Assembly (NCBI GenBank): GCA_024679065.1
Contig: JAGIQG010000031.1
Location: forward strand, 17,670,001-17,734,000
Reading direction: 5' to 3'
Origin: Sphyrna mokarran
Taxonomy: Eukaryota
Length of the DNA stretch: 64,000 nt
Within the stretch, counting starts at the first letter, position 1. Every line of letters starts with the position of its first letter. Shown piece after piece: positions 51,576-64,000 of the stretch. A model generated the notes under the pieces. That model was not told where the DNA came from. It made no database searches and worked only from the letters and a program-made list of their open reading frames with translations. The position numbers were made by a program, and so were the translations under genes.

Positions 51576-52667
51576 TAGTTTACTATGACTGTCCCACCTC
51601 ACGCTACTAGTCATTATTTCTCCTGGTATTGAACATTGCTCTCACAATTTAAAAACAGAAAACACTGGAAATTTTCAGCAACTCACGCTGTATTTGTGTG
51701 AGAGAAACAGATTGAACATTTCAATGATTTTTCATTAATGTTGTCCAGGACTAAGTCAGAGAAGTAGTAGATTTTAGGTAAGTACAGAGTTAAGAAAGGA
51801 GGCAGGGAAGAGGAAAAGGTCAGGATACGGTGGAAGACAGGCAAAATTAACTTCAGACAGAATGATGGTGTAAATCAAAAACAGATAATGATTCAACAGA
51901 AGAAGCTGTAAAGGGAATGTCAGAAGCATTGCCAATAACTGCTGCCTGAAAAGTGGTGGCAAACATTTTGCAAGACTGTAAGAGGATTGTAACGGACAAA
52001 TTCAAATCAATTCACCCACCATTTTCTTCTTCCTCCCAACATAATATGGCCTTTGATAGCCTTCTGGACTTCAGGCAAAGGTCCATTGGGTGGATATTTC
52101 TGGCTTTAGGATGAGCATGGCCAGCAAATCCTGCCCAGTGAGTCCAACAAATAACAGCACATTCTGTTTTAATTTCACATTTCCAGAAATTGCAGTTCCT
52201 GTGGGTCTTGCACAGCATTTCCCGCTTACACACCTGATAAACATAGCAAGTCATTTTGGGAGACTCATAACTTGTGGTCAAACTTTTAGTTCCTTCAAAA
52301 CACATCCTGTTTTCTACGTCACACTCGGGCGACACTGAGCACGTAATGTAGATTTGAAAGTGCATGGCATGCTGTGTAGATGACTGTTACACCTGCATTT
52401 TAAAACTAGCATTGTATCTAAAACATGTGTGAAATGTTTCAGTTCAACATCATTTGGTGCAGAGCATCAGGGCTCTGCACCAAAAATTACCTTCATTTCT
52501 TTCATTGCTTTACATAAAAATGACTGGTGAACAAAAAAGTTCTACTTTGATGTCATTATATTTTTACCATGCTCTTGCTACTGGGCCATGTTGCAAGTAA
52601 AATTGATTATTGTTCAGAAAGGGCTGGAAGAGTCTAGTTTGAATTGATTTTAAAAATGTCTCTGCAG

Positions 52668-54545
52668 AGCTGAAGAAGTCGGCAGAGTTCTGGCCCAAGC
52701 AACCATTCAAGCTGAGCCACAACCTGGTGGCCTCTGAAGACCAGCAGTAACATGCACGTGTCCGCATGCACATTATGCTCCTGGTGGCTGCATAATTGTC
52801 ACGTTCGTGGAACTATATGGTGTTTCTTTCGATTGTCTCAAGATGTAGACATTAACAAAAAAAAGAAAAAAATCTACAAAATGAAAAATGGCTACTGTAT
52901 ATGTACTTTATATAATTCACATTTGATGGCAGTGATTTGTACAATTCATTCAAAACATTTGCCAAAGCATGAAGGTTAAAATTTAATGGTGATCATCCTA
53001 ATGTTGGAGGGTTAGTGTTCCATTTTATATTTTCTTGCACACTAAGATGTGTCACTTATACTTTTGAAATCTTAAGTTCTAACATAGTTACACTTGATTC
53101 AGTGAAACTGTAAATGAGGCACTGTCACAGCCACTGATAATTTTGGATGGTTTTAAGACAGAAGGCAGCCAGTTGAATTAAGCAGCCAACATTTCATTGA
53201 AACAGGCCTCTTAACCACTGTTTAAAATGTGGAACTATCACTTCTGAAATGGTCTTCTGCCATCACCAAATTGTCACACAAGGTTGTCTCAGTGCAACTA
53301 AAGTATATGAAGAAACACAGCAACCTGATTTTTCATTTCTTATACCTTGTGTGTACTGTATTGGGGGAAAAATAGCTCTGTTTATGGATTTTTCTCTTAT
53401 TTCATGTGAAATGTGTTGATTTGATATAATGACGTTCAAAGAAAAAGTTAATTTAAAAGGTCAACAGGTACGTGAGCTGAGATATAAGTGATCTGTGAAA
53501 ACTCAAAAAGCTCGGGAGAATTTCTCCCTGGCTCTGTTCATTTAAGAAGTGAATAAGTTAATTATATCATGTTGAAGTAGCAAGATCTAATTCAGTGTTC
53601 TTGACTGTTTTGTTATACTGTGCTACCAACTCTAGGAATTAAAGAAAAACCTGTTGCCATTAGTTAAAATTGTATATGCATTTTTACAAATGCATGTTAT
53701 ATATTTATAGCCAATAATTTTTGTGTTTAACTTGCCATGGGTTCAGATGATGTACTGAGCTTTATTGTTTTCAAATTGCACAGTCTTGGATGCGTGTAGT
53801 AAAACAATCTGATGCCTGAGTTCAGTCTGGCTGGAAGGCCTCTCAGAAAGGCATGATCACTTTGTGGTTTCTTTGTTAAACTCGTGTAGGAAATAGCTTA
53901 TTGAAATAGCCAAAAAAAATGTTTTTTTGCATGACATAATTAACCCCGTTGGTTTCAAAAATGATTGCCTGTAGAGCTCTACATTTCTCTTTCCTTCTCC
54001 TTTCTGAGCTTTGTAACAGCATAAAATCTTCTTTTGTCTGCTGATGTGTAATGGAAACCTTGTTTGCATGCACTCGATCAACCGCTTAACAATTTTGTGC
54101 AGGGCTGTGGAAACGCATCAAGAGGACTCCTCTTATCGTGTTTTTATGAATGTTTTAAATTAGACAGCTTAGGGGTCTTAAGTGTAATGAGCTGTGTGTG
54201 GATCATATTTTTTTATTTTTTTTACAAGGGCTGTGGAACCCATGAATTAAACAAATGAGTTTTACCTCATTTAATGCCTCGCGTGGCTTGAAGTGTGGAA
54301 ATGCTGATTTTGCTGGAGATATTTTTACGGTTGAAAATGATGGACTATATTTGCTTTTTACACAGCAACTTGCCTGAATATGAAATGTGATTTTTTTTAA
54401 TTATTCAAGTTCTCTGCAGCTGAAATTGTCAGGTCTGGTTTATATGAGGACAAAAAACATTATGTTACAGGATGTGGTCTATGTGTTCCTCTCACCATTT
54501 AAAACTGTTGATATGTTAGAAATAAAACTTGACGATATGACTACA
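52668..54545 (+). other. CAMK2B: Probable terminal non-coding exon (3' UTR, about 1.9 kb)
   Basis: Acceptor tgtctctgcag|AGCTG; no recognisable repeats; AU-rich with an A-tract at about 52857-52872; AATAAA at 54521 followed by GT/T-rich sequence. End position approximate. Confidence 0.68.
54521..54526 (+). terminator. Polyadenylation signal AATAAA
   Basis: Canonical hexamer, CA about 20 nt downstream, then gtgtg and T-rich sequence; further AATAAA at 54850 and 55111. Confidence 0.6.
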
Positions 54546-55134
54546 GTGTGAACGTACTATTTTATTAATGATTTATATTGTAATGATGCTGAATATACAT
54601 TGAAATTCAGCCCTTTTGCAGTATGCAAGAATGACAGCTCTGTACTTGATATACCACAAAAATTCTGAATTCCAGCTGTTAGGTGATATATGATCATTAC
54701 TTTGAGAATGAGCAAGAGTCCTTCAGTATTCCTTTACAAAAGATAATATTTTGCAGGTACAGGTTTTGAGTTTTTAACTAAACAAAACTGACCACTTCTG
54801 ATGCATACTGCCAACAACGAGACATTAACACAGGAGGATGGATATATATAATAAAAATATAGATCTCTGTCACCGTTGTGAGATACTCAATATTCGATAC
54901 TTGATCCAGGCAGGTCCACATTAAACCAGTGCATTTCTGATTTATGAGCCAGCCTGGTGCACAAATACAATATTGAGAGTGAGAACAGCTTTGAAACTGA
55001 TTTGCTGGTTTTTCCTCCTACTCCCCCTAAGCTAACTCTAAATGCTAAAGACTCATTGTCTATTTTCATTTTGTTTATTGCACAGGTGCTCAAGGCAGGT
55101 ATTAGGACTAAATAAAATTATTCAATCTACGTAT

Positions 55135-55560
55135 TGCTTGAAGAAGAATCTATGTAATGCCTTGTGCTCTAACAGAGTGTTTCAAAATGTTTGAGTCAGT
55201 GAATTTGCTTTGAGTGCAGTTACTATTCTTTTGAAAAAAATACAAAATCAACTTGCATACTCAAAGGTCACAGTAGCAGTGAAAGAGCAATTCATCTGAG
55301 TTTATTGGTCATAATTGCAAGATGAATGTTGGTCAGTACGTGCTTCTTCCCTTTGAGTAGTGCTGTGCGATGTTTTCCATCCACCTGAGTGTGCAGACAG
55401 AGTCTCAGTTCAACATCTCATTGAAAAGGCAGCATCACTGCGTTCCACTATACTGAAATGACCAGGATTATTTGGTCAATTTCTAAGGATGTATTTGAAC
55501 CCATAACTTTCCATCCCGGTCATAAGTGTTTCCATTGAGCCTGGGTTGTCACTGAGAATG
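55135..55560 (-). mobile_element. DeuSINE-like relic
   Basis: catccacctgag...cagacagagtctcagttcaacatctcattgaaaaggcagcatc...tttgaacccataacttt. Confidence 0.55.
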
Positions 55561-55564
55561 GATG

Positions 55565-55735
55565 GGGCTAAATTGCCCTCAGTGTGCCAAGATGTGTAGG
55601 TCAGGGAGATTAGCAAGGTAAATACTTGGGGTTACTGAGAATAGGTCTTGGTGCAATTTCGCCTTAATGTCAAGGGCATTATAGGGCTTGGGTGGGATTG
55701 GTATCAGTGCAGCTTCAATGAGCCGAATGGCAACT
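55565..55735 (+). mobile_element. HE1-like SINE 3' fragments
   Basis: gctaaattgccctcagtgtgcc...gggattagcaaggtaaata...gggtgggattg...gagccgaatgg. Confidence 0.65.
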
Positions 55736-56259
55736 GTTTCTTTAACTAAGTACCATCAACCTCTAATTTTACAATGAGTTGAAATTAGTAACTAAATTAA
55801 TGTTGAATTATCAGACATACTATATACTATGGACAGAATTTTATGCACCTCCATAGCAAGTTTCACGGCGAGGCTGTGGACCAGCAGTGGGATCTTCCGA
55901 TCCTGCCTGTAAACAGATTTCCCGTTATATTCATGGTGAGGTTTGCTATCAGTGGGACCAGAAGATCTTGCAGTGGCAATGGCCAGAAAATTTCAGCTGA
56001 GATCTGCACCCACAACACTGTGTGTATGTTAATTTAATCTGTTATTCTTACAGTCCAACAGTGACCATTATTTTAATCCCACCAACCTAAGATATAACCC
56101 AGGTGATTGTTGCAAATAGTACTTTCATTATTAACTGCAGGCCACCTAACATCGCTTTCCTTCCTGGTTTTCATGTGGTATTGTTAGCAGTTCTCCCTCC
56201 ACAGAGATTGTTCCCTCCTCCCCACCTCAAAAAAAAATCTAGTCTTGACTTCTCTGGCC

Positions 56260-58200
56260 TCACAAACTAGTGCTGCATGTCACAGAATACCTCAAATGTA
56301 TTGATATGTCTGAAGTCCTTGCCCATTTTTCTGTCAATTCCCATGTTTGAGCCATGCATTAAGTTTCAACAGACAGGATCTTTATTAAATTCATAAATGG
56401 CAATCCATGTAATTAACTTGTCATGAACTGTTCCTTCTCATTTTTCTTAGCTACCGATTTTGATGACTACACCATCTTCCTCTAATGCCTCATCTGGTTC
56501 TATTCCCATATACCAAATTGTGGCCAGAGAATCTCCTGCAAGAACATTCTTCCCAGTCCTTCATTGTTATGTTTGCTTTCCTCCAAAGATTTATTTATCC
56601 TTGATTTTCATTTATATGCTGCCCCTCAATGACATTATCAGGTTCAACATGTACACTGACAACACCCTGCTATACATTGCCACCACTGCCTCTGAGTTGC
56701 CATGCTACCTGGCTGATATCCAGTTTTGGGGAAAATAAAGGGAAGACCAAACAATTATCCTGATCTTCATCACAAAGGCCATTCATTGTCAATGACCTTC
56801 CTCTTGCAGGCCATGATCTTGCAGTGTCTTGTTTTTTAAAAAACTTTCATGCATATTGTCATCACACTGTTATTTCCACCAGTTTTACAATCCTCTGACA
56901 TCTCTGCAGTCCAGGAGTATGGTTAAGTTTTAAGTTTATTTATTTGTGTCATAAGTAGGCTTACACTAACATTGCAATGAAAATACTGTGAAAATCCCAA
57001 TGCAGTAGGAAAAGGAATTCAAATTGAGTTAATTAAATAAATCTAGAATTTAAAAAAGTAAGTATTGGACTACTGAATTGACACTGAATTCATCTACTTC
57101 ACTAACATAATTTAGAGAAGGAAATCTGCTGTCCTAACCCTAAAAATGACTTGAATCACAATAGTGTGCTTATTCTTAACTGCCATTTGAATACAGCCTA
57201 GCAGGCTACTCAATTTTTTTTATCACAATGGTACAAAAGGTAGGAATGAAAAGGGACAGATCACATGAATATAACAGCCAATAAAGCCCAGTCACTCTGC
57301 AAACTCATCCTCAATGACATCTGGGACCTTGTGCCAAAACTGCCGAGAACATTCATGCTGTTACAATCACACCTTGATCCAACATCTGCTATGTCCTGTC
57401 CCAGTAACAGGTCAGACTGACCAGAGTTTTATACAATCAGGTTAAAGTGGTCCAACGTGAGCCAGGAAACATCTGCTTTCTACTACATCTGCTTTCTACT
57501 CTCTTTCAACTGATGAATCAATCAGTGCAGTACTTGGGAAAAAGCACTAAGGGTAAAAAGGAAACATCATACTCTGGTGGTAACATCCATGTTCAAGTGT
57601 GACTTGATAGCAGCACTGCTTGCCAAATTGGACAAATTCTGAAGTGAATTGTTCCATGCTGGATTTTCAGCAAGTTGTGAGAGAAGGAACATAAAGGGGA
57701 AACCTAGTTGATCATGTCAATCTTCCTGTCCATGATAGCATTGGTAGGAATGAGCATCGCACTAGTGGAAACAAAATCCCACCATCACACTGATAATATT
57801 TAATTAGACGGCACTAAAACAAACAAAATGGGATATATTCAGAATACATCTAGCAGCAAATACTGGGCTTCAATGAGTCACTGTGAGTCATCAGCAGAGC
57901 AGTATTCCACCATAATCTGTAACCTCACTCTGCTGTTACCAAGATAATGTACCAATTGTGGCTCAATGAGGACAGTGTATAACAGCATATGATTCTGGCA
58001 TTAACCAAATAAAGTGAAATATTGTACAAGTATGTCCTATCCACAAAGATCAGGAGAAATCCAATGCGTCTAATCATCAGCAAAGTGACAAAAAAAGTTG
58101 TCAACAGTACTGTCAATTGACACACACTCATCAATTACTGCTTCTTCAACGTACTTTGCATTCCAGATTTGGCCCAAATGGACCAAAGAGCTGAATTCCA
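56260..58200 (+). mobile_element. Cluster of highly decayed LINE fragments, with a SINE tail on the minus strand at about 56925-57000
   Basis: ORF 56460 contains IYMLPLNDII..MYTDNTLLY (degenerate L2-type RT YADD region); 56925-57000 matches the tail at 4637-4705. Confidence 0.55.
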
Positions 58201-58474
58201 AAGATTCACAAACATTTCTAAAAATGCACCAATTTGTAAAAAGCAAATAATGTTTGACTAATGTAACTGAAATTTTGTGATGAAATAACAGGGAAGATGG
58301 TTGAAGAGAATGAAAAGGATCTCAAGTCCAGTCTCTTTCAGTCCTTTCTCTTTGAATGTTGCTACCCTTGTCTTTTGGAGGAAGAATTAGCAGATTATGT
58401 TAACTGTCATATGATGTTTCACATAAAGAATGCATGGCATTATGTTTCAGGAGACTTGACCTGGACCATTTGAT

Positions 58475-58792
58475 GGGCAACACGACAGCTCAGTGACTAT
58501 CGCTGTGCTGTGCAGATACATGGATTTGGGCCTGTGTCTGTGGGAGTTTGCACATTCTCCCCGTGCTTGTGTGGGTTTTCTCGGGTGCTCCGGTTTCCTC
58601 CCACATCCCTAAGATGTGCTCTTAAGCTAACTGGCAAAAAATTCTCCCTAAATTGTCTCAAATTTGGTTTTTAATCCATAGATCTATAAACATGGACAGG
58701 GATTGTGGGTAGAGGTGGGAACATCGGGGTGGCGGCGCAGGCTCGTTGGGCTGAACGGCCTGTTTCCGTGCAGTTTTGTTCTTTGTTCTTTA
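58475..58792 (+). mobile_element. V-SINE-type element with a distinct 3' half
   Basis: gggagtttgcacattctccccgtgcttgtgtggg...gggtgctccggtttcctcccaca; tail gggctgaacggcctgtttccgtgc...ttgttctttgttct. Confidence 0.8.
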
Positions 58793-59209
58793 ATAAATAG
58801 GCACGGGCAAGAATTTTTTTTTGTCTTTTGAGGCAAAAATGACCATGTTCACAACCCATTATCCATCACCTGCAGCGTTCCAGTGGACATGTAAGTAAGT
58901 ACTGAGGCTAATCTGCAACCAGAAGATTCTGCTGTAAAGAGGACATGATACCAGAGATGACTGAGTTTTGGGCAGGTAGCTGGTTCAAGATTTACTTGCT
59001 TTGCATTTCTCTCTGCCCTTTATGCACCTTCTTTCAAAGAGGGCACATTTAGTTGTGCCAGGTATATCGATCCTGTGTAAGCTTCTTCTCAGACTTAGGT
59101 TGATATCAAAACCTTCAGAATGTCCTTGTTCTTTTGTTGACCATGACAGCATACCCCAGCTCAAACTCTCCGTGAGATTTGCTTTGGAAGCAAGGGTTCC
59201 AGTTATATG

Positions 59210-61570
59210 ACCAGCTCAATATTGATTGAAACCTTTATAGGTCGAATAGTTTGGATGGGACACTTTTTGTACAGTGTGTGCAGGAGAGTTTGCTGACACA
59301 GTATGTGGATAAGCCGACAAGAAGTGGGGCCACATTGGACTTTGTACTGGTAATCAATTGGCCAAGTGTTAAGATTTGTTTGTGGGGGGAGCACTTTGGA
59401 GATAGTGACACAATTCTGTGTCTTTCATTATTGCAATGGCGGGGGATAGGGTCACATAACAGGGCAAGGTTTCTAATTGGAGTGGGGGGTAATTATGATG
59501 CGATTAGCCAAGAATTAGGGAGCGTAAGACGGGAACACAAACTCAAGTATGGGCACAAACGAAAAGTGGAGCTGTTTCAAGGAACAAATATTGTGTGTCT
59601 TTGATAGGTATGTCCCTGACAGGCAGGGAGGAAATGAATGAGGGAATCACGGCTCACAAAGGAGGCTGAATGTGTTAAGAGGAAAAAGGAACTGTACGAA
59701 AGGATGAAAAAACAAGGTTCAGTTGGGTCATTTGAGGGTTACAACATAGCTAGGAATGAGTTAAAGAAAGGGCTTAAGAGACATGAGAAGTCCTTGGCAC
59801 GTCGGATAAAAGAAAATCCCCAGGCTTTTTACTTTTATGTGAGAAATAAAAAAATGACCATGGTGAAGTTAGGGCCAGTCAAGGATAGTAGTGAGAACTT
59901 GTGCATGGAGTCAGAAGAGATAGGTGAGGCATTGAATGAATACTTTTCTTCAGTGTTCACTAAAGAGAGGGGCCATGTTTTTAAGGATGAGTGCGTGATA
60001 CAGGCTGATTGGATGGAGGAAGTAGATGTTCTGAGGGAAGATATATTCGCAATCTTGAAAAGCCTGAGGGTGAATAAGTCCTCTGGGTCAGATGGGATAC
60101 ATCCTAGGATACTTTGGGAGGCAAGGGATGAGATTGCAGAGCCTATAACTTTGATCTTTGGGTTCTCACTGTTCACCGGGCTAGTACCAGAGGACTGGAG
60201 AGTGGCAAATGTTGTCCCTCTTTCAAGAAAGGAAATAGGAATGACCCTTGTAATTATAGGCCAGTTGGTTGATAAGTTAATGGAAAGAGTCCTAAGAGAT
60301 AGGATTTTATGACCATTTGGAAAGATACAATTTAATCCGGGATAGTCAGCACGGTTTCATGAGGGTTAAATCCTGCCTCTCAAATTTGACTGAAATCCTT
60401 GAGGAGGTAACTAAATGTTTGGATAAAGTTAGAGTAATTGATTTCGTATACATAGATTTTAGTAAGACATTTGATAAGGTTCCCTGAGGTAGGCTCATGA
60501 AGATAAGGATGTGTGGGATAGAAGGAAATTTGGCTGTATCATAGAAGACAGAGGGTGGTGACGGAAGGAAAATTTTCAGACTGGAGAACGGTTACCAGCT
60601 GTGTATCACAGGGGTCAGTGTTGGGTCCTCTGCTATTTATGATTTTTATCAATGACTTGGAAGAGGACTGAAGAGTGGGTTAGTAATTTTGCTGATGACA
60701 GTAAGATTGGTGGAGCAGTGGATGAGTCTCTTGCAGGCTGCAAAGAGACATTGACAGGATGCAGAGCTGAAAAGTGGCAGATGGAGTTTAACCCTTATGA
60801 GTGTGAGGTGACTCATTTTGGTAGGACAAACTTGAATGCAGATTACAGGGTCAATGGCAGGGTTTTGAGCAATGTGGAGGAACAGAGAGATCTTGGGGTT
60901 CATATCCATAGATCTCTGAAGGTTGCTACTCAAGTGGATAGAACCGTGAAGAAGCTCTAGTGTGTCAGTGTTATTAACAGGGGATTTGATTTTAAGACCC
61001 AGGGGTTAATGCTGCAACTATACCGGACATTTGTGAGACCACATTTGGAATGTTGTGTTCAGTTCTGGTCACCTCACTATAAGAAAGATGTTGAAGCATT
61101 GGCAAGAGTGCAGAGGAGATTTACCAAGATGCTGCCTGGTTTGGAGGGTAGGTCTTATGAGGAAAGGTTGAGGGAGCTGGGGTTTTTCCCTTTGGAGCGG
61201 AGAAGGATGAGAGGCAATTTAATAGAGGTTTATAAGATGATGAGAGAGATTGATAGAGTGGACGTGCAGAGACTATTTCCTTGGGTGGATGTAGCTGTTA
61301 TTAGGGGGCATAACTATAAGCTTCATGGCGGGAGATATAGGAGGGATGTAGGAGGTAGATTCTTCACTCAGAGAGTGGAAGGGATGTGGAATAGACTGCC
61401 TGCTATGATAGTAGAGTCGGATACTTTAGGAACTTCCAAGCGGTTATTGGATAGGCATGGAGTACAGCAGAATTACAGGGAGTGGGATTACTTGATCTTG
61501 GGATTGGACAGAGCTTGGCACAACATTGAGCGCCAAAGGGCTGTACTGTGCTGTAATGTTCTATGTTCTG
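59210..61570 (+). mobile_element. CR1 LINE ORF2 remnant (endonuclease C-terminus through RT and 3' UTR), frameshifted
   Basis: ORFs 59251 (TQYVDKPTRSGATLD), 59638 (IKENPQAFYFYVRNK..DGIHPRILWE..VPEDWRVANVVPL), 60652 (FADDSKIGG), 61009; tail tgtaatgttctatgttct. Confidence 0.97.
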
Positions 61571-62669
61571 TCTCAGTACAGTGTGGATGCCTGGCAAGCC
61601 AGCACAGATAAGCAGCTCGGAGTCTGGCCTTTAGTCCTAGTATCTGATCTTTAGAAGCTTCCCAAAGCAGTTCAAACTTCTTTTCTTAGACTTGTAAGTA
61701 GAACACAGTGGGCAGACTTGCAGTTTGATATGCACTCTTGCTCTTCATTCACAAGCTGATATTCAAAATGTGTTGTAAGCTTGCTTTGGTACCTTTTGTG
61801 CATATTTTGTCGTCATTTATATAGACAGCTTGACAGAGAGTGTGCTGTTGAAATAAGCAAATCAGCTTGCTGTTCATAAGTTTTGATCATGGACTTTGGG
61901 CTCAGACTAGAATTTTCCTGGAGAGGCCTGGAACAGTGACAATGGCGGCACGTTTGGCAATAAATTAGCCTTTTTGGTAGCTGAGTTTGTATGCTCATAA
62001 AACGGCTCCCGGCTAGTTTCTTCATCCTCATCCTCATCACCATCACCCCTGATTAGCCCTAGTGCAATTGCTCCAGCACCCTTCTATCTTAAGTTCAGAG
62101 GATTGATTACATGTATCCCCCAGTGCAGGCAGCCATTCTAATCTGACAACTCCCATTGCCAGGAAATAAACAGCTTCAATTCTGGATGGTTCCTACTGGC
62201 CCTCCTTTTCAGAACCAAGTCCATCACCTGGCTCAGAAAATGGTGATATGATTCTTCACTTGTGCCACCATTACCATCACATTTTCGGAGTAGAGAATCT
62301 TCAATCCACTTCTGGATTGCTCTCCATTTGAGGACAAGGACAGCCTACGCAATGCATTTGTATTTTTGTGCCACTCTGATGTCTGTTGGGATGAGAAGGG
62401 CCCATTAAGGGAATCGCAAAGTATAGGCCGAAGATGCACACAAGTAGATAATGGGCCATTAACAGTACAAAGTAGTGGCCACATAAATAGTGGTAAAATT
62501 TCCTCACACTGAAAATAGTGCTGTCTCCTTCTTTAGCTGTGCGTTTCATGTCTCTGCATTGGCTGGAACACGTGAAACAAAGATAATCAGCCTCTCCATT
62601 GGGAAGGGTACACGACAGGGCACCAATTCAATATTCAGTTTTTAAAAATTTTGTTTGAAAAAGGAGGTA

Positions 62670-63470
62670 GACAAAAGGCAGGTAATAGGTCAGTTAGCTT
62701 AATTTTTGTAGGAGAGAAAATGCTTGAATCTACCAAGGCAGAAATAGTGAAACATCTGGATATAAATTATCCCATTGGTAAGATGCAGCATGGGTTTTGA
62801 GGGCAAGTCATGTTTGACTGATTTGGTGGAATTCTTTGAGAATATTACATGCGCAGTGGACAATGGAGAATCTGTGATTGTGGTGTATCTAGGTTCCAGA
62901 AGGTATTTGACAAGGTGCCACACCAAAGACTACTACGTAAGATCACGCTGCATGGTGTTACAGGTAATGTACGAGCATAGATAAGAGGAATGGTTAACTA
63001 ACAGAAATCAGAGTGGAGGTGAATGGTTTTTTTCTGGTTGGCAATCAGTGACTAGGTGGTGTATCTCAGGGATCGGTGTTGGGACTGCAATTATTTATAT
63101 TTACATAGAGGATTTGGAATTGGGGACCAAGTGTAGTGTGTCAAAATTCACAGAGAACAATAAGATGACAGCAAAGTGTGCAGAGGACACTGAAAGTCTG
63201 CAAAGGGATATAGTCTCAGTGAGTGGTCAAGGGTCAGGCAGATGGAGTACAATGTTGCTAAATGTGAGGTCATTCATTTTGGTAGGAATAACAGCAAAAT
63301 GGATTATTAAATGATAAAAAATTGCAGCATGCTGCTGTGCAAGAATCACAGGAGTTGGTTTGCAGACAGCAGGTAAATGGAATTTTGTCCTCATTGCTAA
63401 AGGAATGGAGCTTAAAAACAGCGAAGTTATGTTGCAGCTGTCAGTGATGTGCCCTAAGTATCGGTCCAAA
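62670..63470 (+). mobile_element. Decayed internal CR1 RT fragment
   Basis: ORF 62775 (GFEGKSCLTDLVEFFE), atttgacaaggtgcc (FDKVP), tggcagatggagtacaatgttg-like region. Confidence 0.9.
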
Positions 63471-64000
63471 GAAGTCAAACATTTCGAATTGATTTGTAAG
63501 CCTTGTGCCTGCAGATATTTTAGGGTTGCTTCAAGATTCTTAAAATGTTCTTCCTCAAGACATCATCAAGGCATCATTCTACCCCTTTGAGTTTACTTAG
63601 GATTTGATCCATAGGCCTCTAAAACAATGCTGATGTGAGCCGAAAAGGGAGCCTTTTATAGCAAAATGAGCCCATTTGTTACAATGCTTAGAAAATGTTG
63701 GGATTCAGCAGCCATTCTCATCTCCAGCTCAGCCTATGACAGATCCATCTTTGTGTATTTTTACTACCTGCCAGACTATTGGACAGATCTTGGATCAAGG
63801 GCAATAGGTTTTTATCTGTACACGGAACTGAATTAACAGTAACTCTGAGATCACCGCAGATTCGGATTGTTTCCTCATATTTTAAATACTTGACTGATCA
63901 CTTATCGTCAGTGGTTCAGCTATGCTGGCGTCCACCACCCTATTCAACTTCTACTTTCAAACGCTTGGTTTATGAAACTGTGCATGTCCGCAGATGTTTG

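Noticed and set aside
52167-52195. Acceptor-like tttcacatttccag as start of an exon
   Set aside because: Resembles the reverse complement of the Penelope-like terminal repeat seen elsewhere, so probably repeat-derived.
59638-61611. 224-aa and 200-aa ORFs as a host gene
   Set aside because: Frameshifted pieces of CR1 ORF2.

Overview
Eukaryotic, AT-rich genomic DNA from a cartilaginous fish (shark/ray-type tRNA-derived SINEs, CR1 LINEs, Penelope-like and DeuSINE-like relics). The window holds the 3' half of a + strand CaMKII gene whose linker and hub residues best fit CAMK2B; the kinase-domain exons lie upstream, outside the window. Exons recovered by hand with GT-AG boundaries and consistent phases: NLS exon KRKSSSSVQLM (2300-2332), PQTNSTK exon (6194-6262), EPQTTVIHNPVDGIK (9276-9320), ESSDSSNTTIEDEDVK (11551-11599), up to four symmetric phase-1 proline-rich cassette exons (22855, 29248, 31833, 36054), three hub exons (45606, 47474, 48521 with the stop at 48751-48753), and a probable non-coding terminal exon (52668 to about 54545). 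Almost all listed ORFs are spurious or decayed CR1 fragments. Points worth follow-up: an NLS exon in a beta-type gene, an A-B-B'-A' array of proline-rich linker exons, a candidate 3-nt microexon, RBFOX/NOVA motif clusters, a short element with two U2 snRNA-derived segments, a TA-flanked MITE and a 13-bp hairpin in the last intron. No wholly new multi-gene system is supported by the sequence. Repeat family names come from recalled consensus features, not database searches.
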